Below, piece after piece: positions 1-7,045 of a stretch of DNA of 64,000 nucleotides (positions are counted from its first letter, which is position 1; each line of letters starts with the position of its first letter). Made by a program: the position numbers and the translations under genes. The notes under the pieces were generated by a model. It worked only from the letters and a program-made list of their open reading frames with translations. It had not been told where the DNA came from and made no database searches. The stretch comes from a phage. The stretch lies in assembly GCA_027218345.1 (NCBI GenBank), contig GCA_027218345.1_3950.1; one strand, written 5' to 3'.

Positions 1-98
1 AAAAAAAGCCCTGTCTAAAAATACTCTTCGGTAGCGAAAGGAAGAATACTTATAGCAGGGCATTATTATTATTTTAATTGAGAGAGAGTAAAATAACT

Positions 99-174
99 TG
101 GAGAATCCGAGGGGACTCGAACCCTTGTAAACCTGTCTTGCAGACAGGTACATATCCATTTCTGTCACGGATTC
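99..174 (-). tRNA. tRNA-Cys (anticodon GCA)
   Basis: Minus-strand cloverleaf by hand: encoded CCA, T-loop TTCGAGT, anticodon loop CTGCAAG, acceptor cggattc/gaatccg, discriminator U. Confidence 0.6.
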
Positions 175-178
175 AAAT

Positions 179-271
179 TGGAGGAAGATACCAGACTTGA
201 ACTGGTACACCGATTTCTCAGCTACTGGCAGTTTAGCAAACTGCTCCCTTACCTTTTAGGGTTAATCTTCC
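179..271 (-). tRNA. tRNA-Ser (anticodon GCU), class II
   Basis: 93 nt, encoded CCA, perfect acceptor ggaagat/atcttcc, T-arm ACCAG-TTCAAGT-CTGGT, anticodon loop TTGCTAA, long variable arm. Confidence 0.6.
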
Positions 272-272
272 A

Positions 273-1007
273 TTATTTCTGTAATGCGTTCTTCATTTCT
301 GGTGTTGCAATAGCATCAATTACACCAGTTTTACAAGCATCATCAAACCAGTCTGGTAAGATACCTGCTAAGAACCCATTGATATTCGTTTTAAGGTACT
401 CTGCAATAAGGGCAGCTTCTTCTTCAATCATCTGCACAACTTCATCTGCATAAGCTGTAATCTTTGAAATACCTTCATTAATCTTACTGACAGCTTGGTT
501 AGCTAAATCAGAAACAGTATCAAGACCCTTGTCAATAGCGTCTTGTAAGTCACTTAACACACCATTAACACTATCTAGTGTACTGTTAATCATGTCAATA
601 GCTTTTTGACCATACTCTGTAGCAACACCCATGATACCACTGAATGGTGTACAACCAACTTGTTCTCCTGCTGCACCCATAACATTGGAGTATCCTTTTG
701 CTACCTGCATACGTGATGAAAACTCATCAATAGACTTTTGACCGTAGTCTGTTAGGGTCTTAGTAGTTGCTGTAGTGCTTGTAAGGCTTGTTGTAAAGCT
801 GTTTAGGAGGACTGTTGTAAGTCCAGCAGCAACAAGTTTCTCCTTCATTGTAGGGTCTGTTACAGAGCTAATAGAGCTTACAAGTGATGTAGAGGCAGCT
901 ACGGTTCCGCCGAGAACTGCTGCACCAGTAATAAGTGGGTTAGAAAACCCTTTACCGGTTTTTAAGAGATTAAAAATCTCCTTACCTTGTCCTGTCATCT
1001 CTTTCAT
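273..1007 (-). CDS. hypothetical Ser/Thr/Ala-rich protein inside the tRNA cluster
   Basis: ORF with ATG (MKEMTGQ) preceded by AAGGTG; upstream part of the listed ORF overlaps a tRNA and is dropped. Confidence 0.45.
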   Translation of the reverse strand: MKEMTGQGKEIFNLLKTGKGFSNPLITGAAVLGGTVAASTSLVSSISSVTDPTMKEKLVAAGLTTVLLNSFTTSLTSTTATTKTLTDYGQKSIDEFSSRMQVAKGYSNVMGAAGEQVGCTPFSGIMGVATEYGQKAIDMINSTLDSVNGVLSDLQDAIDKGLDTVSDLANQAVSKINEGISKITAYADEVVQMIEEEAALIAEYLKTNINGFLAGILPDWFDDACKTGVIDAIATPEMKNALQK

Positions 1008-1025
1008 TAAGCACCTTTGAAATTG

Positions 1026-1100
1026 GTAGTCCAGTGGGATTTGAACCCTCTTCTCATGTTTTTCAGACACGCGCTTTAACCATATAAGCTACTTGGACTA
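1026..1100 (-). tRNA. tRNA, probable Phe (anticodon GAA); CCA not encoded
   Basis: Perfect 7-bp acceptor tagtcca/tggacta, T-loop TTCAAAT, anticodon loop CTGAAAA; D-region irregular. Confidence 0.45.
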
Positions 1101-1105
1101 TAAAT

Positions 1106-1181
1106 TGGGGTGACCTACGGGATTTGAACCCGTATAGACCATGTTCACAGCATGGGTCATTACCATTTATGATAAGGCCAC
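1106..1181 (-). tRNA. tRNA-His (anticodon GUG)
   Basis: Encoded CCA, discriminator C, T-arm ACGGG-TTCAAAT-CCCGT, D-stem tcat/atga, anticodon stem ccatg/catgg with loop CTGTGAA. Confidence 0.65.
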
Positions 1182-1212
1182 ATTTAAGGACTCTCGTAAG
1201 AACCCTTAGAAG

Positions 1213-1288
1213 TGGCAGCGGCATAAGGATTTGAACCTTAATAAGACAGCTTCAGAGACTGCTGCATTGCCAGTTATGCTATACCGCT
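1213..1288 (-). tRNA. tRNA-Gln (anticodon CUG)
   Basis: Encoded CCA, discriminator G, T-arm TAAGG-TTCAAAT-CCTTA, D-stem gcat/atgc, anticodon loop CTCTGAA. Confidence 0.5.
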
Positions 1289-1293
1289 AAATT

Positions 1294-1372
1294 TGGTACT
1301 CCATATCGGATTCGAACCGATACATAACACAGATTTTAAGTCTGGCCTCTCTGCCAATTGGAGTAATGGAGC
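1294..1372 (-). tRNA. tRNA, class-I shape, anticodon probably UAA (Leu-type)
   Basis: Encoded CCA, discriminator A, T-arm ATCGG-TTCGAAT-CCGAT, D-loop AATTGGCAGA, anticodon loop CTTAAAA; short variable region. Confidence 0.4.
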
Positions 1373-1374
1373 AT

Positions 1375-1450
1375 TGGCGGGGGATGTTGGAATTGAACCA
1401 ACTTCTTCGATTTCAAAGACCGAGGTTTTAACCTTGTAAACTAATCCCCT
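1375..1450 (-). tRNA. tRNA-Gln (anticodon UUG)
   Basis: Encoded CCA, discriminator G, T-arm GTTGG-TTCAATT-CCAAC, D-stem gttt/aaac, anticodon stem tcggt/atcga with loop CTTTGAA. Confidence 0.55.
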
Positions 1451-1458
1451 TTAAATCT

Positions 1459-2016
1459 TTACTTTCTCAGTGGATGAATAAAGAATGCCAACATAACTCT
1501 TTCCCTTGAGAATGCTCTTTCTTCTGGGACAACACTTTTTAGTTTCCATCCAATATAAATTCTCCAGTAAAATTGTTTACCAAAGATTTTAATTGATGGG
1601 ATAAAAGCGAATAATCCCCAAGCATTCCTGTTCCACATTAGGAGATAACCAGTCTGATTATCTTCAGGGTTAGAACTTACGTTGATATTACCTTTCCACT
1701 TAGTAACATCTTTTACATCTCTTCCTAACACATGGTAAGAGAAGTTATAAGCTTTGTTTCTCCAGAGCCATCCAACTCTCTGCAAATAGACACCTAGCTT
1801 ACCAATCTTTCTAATCTTAGCCCATCTTTTAACGTGGCCTTCATCACCATCAATTGGGTTATCATATGTCTCCATCCATCTGAATCCAAAAGGGAGATGT
1901 CCTTTCTTCTCACTGTAGAATGGAACTACGAAAGGTGCTAAGATGACTGCTAGGGTTGCTGCAAATGGTTCTAGTAAAGCTAGGAAAATCCATGAAGCAT
2001 ACTTCAAATATCTCAT
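1459..2016 (-). CDS. hypothetical protein with N-terminal hydrophobic segment
   Basis: 185-aa ORF between tRNA genes; N-terminal stretch of about 25 hydrophobic residues. Confidence 0.45.
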   Translation of the reverse strand: MRYLKYASWIFLALLEPFAATLAVILAPFVVPFYSEKKGHLPFGFRWMETYDNPIDGDEGHVKRWAKIRKIGKLGVYLQRVGWLWRNKAYNFSYHVLGRDVKDVTKWKGNINVSSNPEDNQTGYLLMWNRNAWGLFAFIPSIKIFGKQFYWRIYIGWKLKSVVPEERAFSRERVMLAFFIHPLRK

Positions 2017-2035
2017 CTAAATAGCCTCTTAAAAT

Positions 2036-2113
2036 TGGTGTTCCAAGACGGATTCGAACCGTCACTAATACAAGGTTTGAGCTTGCATCCTCTGCCAATT
2101 GGGATACTGGAAC
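2036..2113 (-). tRNA. tRNA, class-I shape, anticodon CAA (Leu-type)
   Basis: Encoded CCA, discriminator A, T-arm GACGG-TTCGAAT-CCGTC, acceptor gttccag/ttggaac, D-loop AATTGGCAGA, anticodon stem gcaag/cttgt with loop CTCAAAC, 6-nt variable region. Confidence 0.45.
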
Positions 2114-2114
2114 A

Positions 2115-2189
2115 TGGTACTCACTAAAGGACTTGAACCTTTTTCTTCATCTTGTAAGGGTGATGTTTTACCATATAAACTAAGCGAGT
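2115..2189 (-). tRNA. tRNA-Val (anticodon UAC)
   Basis: Encoded CCA, T-arm AAAGG-TTCAAGT-CCTTT, D-stem gttt/aaac, anticodon loop CTTACAA. Confidence 0.55.
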
Positions 2190-2284
2190 GTGAAAGAGGT
2201 CTGAAGTTGTGCCGCTAACTCAACTCCGTGGAATTTGTTACGGTCTTCAGTTGACACCAGCGGTCTTTCACTTGACCTCTGAAT

Positions 2285-2361
2285 TGGTGCTGCTCACAGG
2301 ACTCGAACCTGCATTTCCATCCTTACAAGGGATGTGTAATAGCCAATTATACGAAAGCAGC
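2285..2361 (-). tRNA. tRNA-Thr (anticodon UGU)
   Basis: Encoded CCA, T-loop TTCGAGT, anticodon stem catcc/ggatg perfect, loop CTTGTAA. Confidence 0.6.
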
Positions 2362-2367
2362 TTTATT

Positions 2368-2442
2368 TGGAGCATCCAGAGGGAATCGAACCCTCAACCT
2401 CAGTTTGGAAGACTGTAATTTTCCCGTTTAAACTATGGATGC
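2368..2442 (-). tRNA. tRNA-Gly (anticodon UCC)
   Basis: Encoded CCA, discriminator U, perfect acceptor gcatcca/tggatgc, T-arm GAGGG-TTCGATT-CCCTC, anticodon loop CTTCCAA. Confidence 0.6.
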
Positions 2443-2448
2443 ACTAAT

Positions 2449-2524
2449 TGGTGGAGAAGCAGGGAATTGAACCCTGTACTTAAGTTTGCAAAACTTATGT
2501 TTTAACCATGTAAACTACATCCCC
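2449..2524 (-). tRNA. tRNA-Ala (anticodon UGC)
   Basis: Encoded CCA, G3:U70 wobble in acceptor, D-stem gttt/aaac, perfect anticodon stem taagt/actta, loop TTTGCAA. Confidence 0.65.
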
Positions 2525-2530
2525 AATGTC

Positions 2531-2606
2531 TGGTACAGGTGGAGGGAATTGAACCCATCGTCTTACTGATTAAGAGTCAGCCGCATAACCATTTTGCTAC
2601 ACCTGC
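2531..2606 (-). tRNA. tRNA-Lys (anticodon CUU)
   Basis: Encoded CCA, discriminator A, T-loop TTCAATT, anticodon loop CTCTTAA; T-stem has mismatches. Confidence 0.5.
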
Positions 2607-2613
2607 ATTAATT

Positions 2614-2690
2614 TGGTACACCTAGAGAGATTCGAACTCACACTGAGCAGATTCTAAGTCTGCTGCCTCTACCAGTTGGGCTATAGGTGC
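2614..2690 (-). tRNA. tRNA, class-I shape, anticodon UAG (Leu-type)
   Basis: Encoded CCA, discriminator A, D-loop AACTGGTAGA, perfect anticodon stem gcaga/tctgc, loop CTTAGAA, 5-nt variable region. Confidence 0.5.
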
Positions 2691-2948
2691 ATTAAATCTT
2701 TTTAGAGAACTTCTAAGAACCTAAGCAACAAGGTTCCACAACAAGCTGTAATAACCTTAGAAGCCCTCTAAAAAGACCTAAAAAGGTCTTTACATAGTCT
2801 TGTTTAATCCGGTGACTAGAACCTTTGGAGAGCTTGATATTATCTCTTCTCCGTGACACCTACTAGGTGCTTTATCAGTGTGTACGACAATACACGAGGG
2901 ATACCAAAGCAACATCCGAATGAAGCTTGGCTTTAAAATCTTATTAGG

Positions 2949-3036
2949 CGGTAAGTAAAGGAGTCGAACCCTCACCGTATCTCTACAGTGGCAACTGTTT
3001 TCAAGACAGTTTGGCTACCATTAGCCGCTACCTACC
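2949..3036 (-). tRNA. tRNA-Ser (anticodon UGA), class II; CCA not encoded
   Basis: 88 nt, discriminator G, anticodon stem actgt/acagt with loop CTTGAAA, long variable arm, T-loop TTCGACT. Confidence 0.55.
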
Positions 3037-3049
3037 CCTAATAAGACTT

Positions 3050-3132
3050 TGGCATGGGACGGAGGAGTTGAACCCCTTTGAAACGGTGTTGGAAGCCGTT
3101 GCTCATGTCTTAGAGTCTTAACATCGTCCCAC
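3050..3132 (-). tRNA. tRNA, non-canonical 83 nt, anticodon possibly CCA (Trp)
   Basis: Encoded CCA, discriminator G, acceptor gtgggac/gtcccat, T-loop TTCAACT; D region enlarged, fold uncertain. Confidence 0.4.
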
Positions 3133-3275
3133 ACTATAATTCGAAGCTTACCGTATTATCTCAACACTGTAAAGCCCCTTCTCAGATTATTTACATGTTC
3201 TGGAAAACATGAGATACAGACCACCTCCCTACAGGAAGACCCGCTTAGGTCGTCTAAGTAATCTGCTAACTAAAT

Positions 3276-3357
3276 TGGTCGAGGCGGCAGGACTCGAACC
3301 CGCATACTCCACTTACTCGGTTAACGGCTGTTTAGAAGACAGCTGAGATACGCCCCG
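3276..3357 (-). tRNA. tRNA-Arg-like (anticodon UCU), non-canonical architecture
   Basis: Encoded CCA, acceptor cggggcg/cgcctcg, T-arm GCGGG-TTCGAGT-CCTGC, stem-loop gctgt-CTTCTAA-acagc; no normal D-arm found and about 23 nt before the T-arm. Confidence 0.4.
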
Positions 3358-3561
3358 TAATTATCTTTAAAGACTCTCTTAGAAAGCCCTTAAAGATGCC
3401 CACCTTATTAATCATACCGTGGGCGAGTACGCCAAATTCTTTGATGAGGGGTTGGAAGACCTCACTGGTGTTTAGCCTATCAAGCTACTGCCAGAAAAAC
3501 ATTGTCGTTTGCATTTATTTTAAATTTGCAAAATAGACGCTACGCAACGAAAACTAAGGTT

Positions 3562-3590
3562 ACTATAAAGTAGTCACATCTCAGTGTCAA
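3562..3590 (-). promoter_or_regulatory. sigma70-like promoter candidate inside the tRNA cluster
   Basis: On minus strand TTGACA, 17 nt, TATAGT. Confidence 0.35.
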
Positions 3591-3605
3591 CAACTTTATT
3601 GAAAT

Positions 3606-3683
3606 TGGTACTGTGAGAAGGATTCGAACCTTCTGCCTTTCGGTTATCAGCCGAATGCACATCCATATGTGCTAACCCACAAT
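3606..3683 (-). tRNA. tRNA-Ile (anticodon GAU)
   Basis: Encoded CCA, perfect T-arm GAAGG-TTCGAAT-CCTTC, D-arm gcac-ATATGGAT-gtgc, anticodon stem ttcgg/ccgaa with loop CTGATAA; acceptor pairs only with a 4-nt connector. Confidence 0.5.
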
Positions 3684-3760
3684 TGGAGGTTCAGATGGGA
3701 TTCAAACCCACATTCATAGGGCTTATGAGACCCTTGCATTACCTTATCTGCGACTGAACC
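3684..3760 (-). tRNA. tRNA-Met or Ile2 (anticodon CAU)
   Basis: Encoded CCA, perfect acceptor ggttcag/ctgaacc, T-loop TTTGAAT, anticodon stem agggt/gccct with loop CTCATAA. Confidence 0.55.
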
Positions 3761-3764
3761 ATTT

Positions 3765-3840
3765 TGGTAGAAGTGGAGGGATTCGAACCCATCGCCTTTC
3801 AGATTAAAAGTCTGCCGCATCACCATTCTGCTACACTTCC
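3765..3840 (-). tRNA. tRNA-Lys (anticodon UUU)
   Basis: Encoded CCA, discriminator A, T-loop TTCGAAT, anticodon loop CTTTTAA. Confidence 0.55.
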
Positions 3841-3846
3841 ATTAAA

Positions 3847-3986
3847 TTATCTTTGTAGATAAGCTACCCAGACTTGCTTAAGGTCTGTAGCGATGTGCCT
3901 TTTTGGGTTTAAATCTAGAATTTACCCTTTCACCCTTTGTGGTCGCATACTCACAGGTAAGCTTAATAACTTATCTACAAAGATAA
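3847..3986. repeat. pair of identical 16-bp palindromic hairpins in inverted orientation flanking 108 bp
   Basis: TTATCTTTGTAGATAA at 3847-3862 and its reverse complement at 3971-3986. Confidence 0.6.
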
Positions 3987-4268
3987 TTACCAGACCGTTG
4001 TTTATCATCTTAAGTGCTACCATTACACCAACTCGACATCTGCCGAGTGAAGGAATCGAACCTTCGCCTTTTCTTTACCGAGAAATAGATTGTTTAAGTT
4101 TTGCTGTAAACGGTCTTCTGTAAATTTGTTGAGCCAGACCAAGTTTTAAATTTTTCAAAATTAAATTGGCTTGAAATTTTAAGTAACTTGCTGTATTTGG
4201 TCTTCTGCTCCTTTAAAGGATGCTCGTAAGAACCCTTTAAGGGAGGGGCTAAATAGCCCTCTCAAAAT

Positions 4269-4343
4269 TGGCGAGGTGTGCGAGAATCGAACTCGCGGCT
4301 CAGGAGAGACAATCCAGTATTTTACCCGTCTAAACTAACACCC
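4269..4343 (-). tRNA. tRNA, probable Asp (anticodon GUC)
   Basis: Encoded CCA, discriminator G, perfect T-arm GCGAG-TTCGATT-CTCGC, D-stem gttt/aaat, anticodon loop TTGTCTC with one stem mismatch. Confidence 0.45.
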
Positions 4344-4350
4344 CAAAACC

Positions 4351-4779
4351 CTATGTACCATTTCTTAAGTACTTTTCTTTGCGTCTTGCTGAATTATAGT
4401 ATTTACGCCCTTCAGCATTTTTAGAAAGCCTACAAGCCTCACACCTGCATCCTCTTCTATAACCAGAAACTGTACCATGTTTAATTGGTGTGTACTTCCT
4501 TTCACCAATCTGTTTTGGTCTTGTTGCTTTCGAGTTACAGTGTATGTGGCTATATGAGATGTTATCTAGTGAAAAGAAAAGCTCTTTTGCATTTTCACTA
4601 TGTCTCCACGGAGTCTTATGCTCAATAGAGAAATCATCCCTAGTCATTTCTTTCCCGCACTGAAAACATCTATTTTGATTTGTTTTACATATAAAATCAA
4701 ATAGTAAATCTTTTACTAGCCTGTTTTGTGCAGTTCCTAAACTCATACCAAGCTGTGATTTGTATACTTCATCTCTCAT
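4351..4779 (-). CDS. HNH homing endonuclease
   Basis: HNH/zinc motifs CFQCGKE...IEHKTPW...SHIHCN and C-terminal CxC cluster; embedded in tRNA cluster; internal ATG start preferred over TTG. Confidence 0.65.
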   Translation of the reverse strand: MRDEVYKSQLGMSLGTAQNRLVKDLLFDFICKTNQNRCFQCGKEMTRDDFSIEHKTPWRHSENAKELFFSLDNISYSHIHCNSKATRPKQIGERKYTPIKHGTVSGYRRGCRCEACRLSKNAEGRKYYNSARRKEKYLRNGT

Positions 4780-4802
4780 GACTAAGTATCTCAATAAGTG
4801 TT

Positions 4803-4890
4803 TGGTGTGCCGTGTAGGAGTCGAACCTACCGAGTCTCAATGACAAGGGATTTACAGTCCCCACCGCTACCATCTACGGGATAACGACAC
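4803..4890 (-). tRNA. tRNA-Tyr (anticodon GUA), class II
   Basis: 88 nt, encoded CCA, perfect T-arm GTAGG-TTCGACT-CCTAC, anticodon stem-loop gggga-CTGTAAA-tccct, long variable arm. Confidence 0.6.
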
Positions 4891-4899
4891 ATTTAAATT

Positions 4900-4976
4900 T
4901 GGCGGTTAGTCAGGGATTCGAACCCTGTGCCATTCGCTTAACAGGCGACCGCACATACCTTATGTGCTTCCTAACC
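4900..4976 (-). tRNA. tRNA-Asn (anticodon GUU)
   Basis: Encoded CCA, discriminator G, perfect T-arm CAGGG-TTCGAAT-CCCTG, D-stem gcac/gtgc, anticodon loop CTGTTAA. Confidence 0.55.
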
Positions 4977-5053
4977 TTAATACATTGCCAGACCGTGTTT
5001 TTTCTTTTATCCGCAAAAAGTATTTTGTTGCTGAATACGGTCTTCTGCAAAAT

Positions 5054-5130
5054 TGGAGGCGGGTGCAGGAGTCGAACCTGCCGATACCATGCTAATGAGA
5101 CATGTGAGACGCCCTTTCTCTATACCCGCA
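5054..5130 (-). tRNA. tRNA-Met or Ile2 (anticodon CAU), second copy
   Basis: Encoded CCA, perfect T-arm GCAGG-TTCGACT-CCTGC, anticodon stem catgt/gcatg with loop CTCATTA; T1:C72 mismatch. Confidence 0.5.
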
Positions 5131-5221
5131 ATTCTTAATGACCAGACCAAATCTCTTCTTTGTCCGATTTACCTTCAGATGAATAAGATTAAGTTTGCTG
5201 TAATTGGTCTTCTGTCAAAAC

Positions 5222-5299
5222 TGGCGTTCCAGAAGGGATTTGAACCCTCAAATATCCACTTTGAAAGAGTGGTGACTTTACCATTTTGTCTACTGGAAC
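5222..5299 (-). tRNA. tRNA-Glu (anticodon UUC)
   Basis: Encoded CCA, discriminator G, perfect acceptor gttccag/ctggaac, T-loop TTCAAAT, perfect anticodon stem ccact/agtgg, loop CTTTCAA. Confidence 0.55.
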
Positions 5300-5306
5300 A
5301 TTAATT

Positions 5307-5382
5307 TGGTCTCTGTTGGAGGACTTGAACCTCCGGCCTTACCGCCCCAAACGGAACGCTCTACCAAGCTGAGCTAAACAGA
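5307..5382 (-). tRNA. tRNA-Pro (anticodon UGG)
   Basis: Encoded CCA, perfect acceptor ctctgtt/aacagag, D-arm gctc-AGCTTGGTA-gagc, T-arm GGAGG-TTCAAGT-CCTCC, anticodon loop TTTGGGG. Confidence 0.6.
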
Positions 5383-5548
5383 GATAAACTTTTCAAACTC
5401 TATGTAACCACTTTAACATTATTTTTTAGTGGTTGTCAAGAACTTTTTAAAATATTTTTCAGTATCTTAGAAAAGCTCTCATTTCGTTTCTATGTAGAAC
5501 ATATTAAAGGGTATCAAACACATTGTCAATACCCTTTTTTAAAACTTT

Positions 5549-6964
5549 TTACCAGATGTAACGGTCAATCATTACTGCTTTGAGCATTACGCTGATTGGG
5601 TCAAACTTCTCACCACCAAGCAGAGCTTTTAAAGTGGCTGGAGAGAAACCAGATACCATTGCTACACCGTTATCCTTAACAGACACTTCGCAAGTGCCAT
5701 TACGGTTTGCTAAGTACCAGAATACCAGTTGTGGCATCTCATATCCAGCTTTTTTGTACTTACTCTGAATTGCTTCAAAGTTTGTACGACCGTTAGCTCC
5801 ATCAACCTGATTGAACTCCATATCAGAGAAGATGATAAGCTTACTTGGCATATCTTTCTGAGTCAAGTTGTTTCTCTTACCTGTCTCAAGGATGCGGTCA
5901 AAAGCTGCTTGTAAGTTAGTTGAACCGTATTCAACATGTCGCATTACCTGACGGTGACGGTTCTTTAAATCGCCACTCAGTTCGATGAAATGAGGGTTTG
6001 TTGAATAAACCATTAACTCGTTCTTAAAGCAACCTGTATTGCGTTCTGCTACATACAAGGCAAGTGATACACCAATATCAAGGGCAGTAATTGAGCCAAA
6101 ATTCACCCAAGACATTGAACTTGAAACATCAGACATACATAGAATGTTTTCACCCTCTGCCATCCAGTTTGGTAGTGCTTTCCACTGCTCATTAGCAACA
6201 TCTGCATTACCATACTTAACAGATTTAATCACATCGTATGGGTAAACAGCACCAGCATTAATCTTAGTCTCACCTTTTGATAAAGACTCAATGTAAGCTT
6301 TGTAGCGTTCTCCATCTTTACGGTTAAACAGTTTTTGGTAACGTGCAGCAGCAAGTGAAGGAATCTTACTGTAGTCAATCTTACCAAACTCATTAGCAGA
6401 GATTTTTTGCTCAACCGTATCAGATAGTGCAGACAACAGTGTGCGGTACTCTTTCTCACTTAAGTTTGCAAACTTACAGAAACGTTTTACAAACTGCTTA
6501 TGACGTGGTTTGACTCGTGGTAACCACTTAGCTGCTAAACCTGCTGTTGCAGGGTCTAGTAATGCTGCTTCTAAATGTTTGAAGGCATCTGTCTCGAAAC
6601 GAGTACCTACGAAGATTTTGAAGTCATCAAAACGACCAAGTTCTGCAATCTTATCCATAATGCGAAGAACCTGTGTAGGCTCTAAAACTTTATCTTCAAT
6701 CGCTTGAAGCAAAACTGTTCTGAAGGCTTTACGCTCACCCATGCCTTCTCGTACATCTCGCATATGCAGTAAAATACGAACTGCAACATCAACATCCTCA
6801 CGCAAAGCTTTGTAGAACAGGTCTGGTAAGATTTCTACATTGCTACGGCTTGAACCAGCAGCTTTGTAAAAGTCTACAAGAGCAGACATTGATGAAGTAT
6901 GGTTTACAGCACCATTTTCAGTTCGACCTGCATGAAGGTGCGCATGTTTAAATAACTCGCTCAT
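5549..6964 (-). CDS. vWA-domain protein with MIDAS motif (DUF2828-like)
   Basis: 471-aa ORF; DxSxS motif (MSDVSSSM) followed by vWA-like hydrophobic strands. Confidence 0.6.
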   Translation of the reverse strand: MSELFKHAHLHAGRTENGAVNHTSSMSALVDFYKAAGSSRSNVEILPDLFYKALREDVDVAVRILLHMRDVREGMGERKAFRTVLLQAIEDKVLEPTQVLRIMDKIAELGRFDDFKIFVGTRFETDAFKHLEAALLDPATAGLAAKWLPRVKPRHKQFVKRFCKFANLSEKEYRTLLSALSDTVEQKISANEFGKIDYSKIPSLAAARYQKLFNRKDGERYKAYIESLSKGETKINAGAVYPYDVIKSVKYGNADVANEQWKALPNWMAEGENILCMSDVSSSMSWVNFGSITALDIGVSLALYVAERNTGCFKNELMVYSTNPHFIELSGDLKNRHRQVMRHVEYGSTNLQAAFDRILETGKRNNLTQKDMPSKLIIFSDMEFNQVDGANGRTNFEAIQSKYKKAGYEMPQLVFWYLANRNGTCEVSVKDNGVAMVSGFSPATLKALLGGEKFDPISVMLKAVMIDRYIW

Positions 6965-7045
6965 ATTTTACTCTCTTCTCTCATTTGGTGTTTGATGTGA
7001 CAGACTTTAGAGCAATTTTGTAGAGTCTGTCAACATCTTTTAAAA

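Noticed and set aside
1-60. Terminator at the window start (GCCCTG...CAGGGC followed by a minus-strand T7 run)
   Set aside because: The stem encloses a loop of about 44 nt, so the hairpin is not convincing; left unannotated although it would fit the end of the tRNA operon.
178-453. Plus-strand ORF (91 aa) overlapping tRNA-Ser and the hypothetical gene
   Set aside because: Lies across a minus-strand tRNA; no RBS; typical artefact of translating tRNA sequence.
2190-2283. Possible additional tRNA between tRNA-Val and tRNA-Thr
   Set aside because: Contains duplicated CGGTCTTCAGTTGAC-like hairpins but no T-loop or acceptor pairing; may be a processing structure.
2209-2418. Plus-strand ORF (69 aa) with GLEP/RESNP peptides
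   Set aside because: Covers two minus-strand tRNA genes; the peptide motifs are translations of T-arms.
2790-2975. Minus-strand ORF (61 aa) in the tRNA cluster
   Set aside because: Overlaps the 3' end of tRNA-Ser(UGA) and has no RBS; kept only as unexplained spacer.
3893-4123. Plus-strand ORF (76 aa)
   Set aside because: Sits inside the inverted-hairpin element and an orphan T-arm; opposite to local transcription direction.
4899-5304. Two plus-strand ORFs (79 and 83 aa)
   Set aside because: Overlap tRNA-Asn, tRNA-Met and tRNA-Glu on the other strand.
5580-6707. Several plus-strand ORFs of 60-70 aa inside the vWA gene
   Set aside because: Antisense to a long well-supported ORF, with no RBS.
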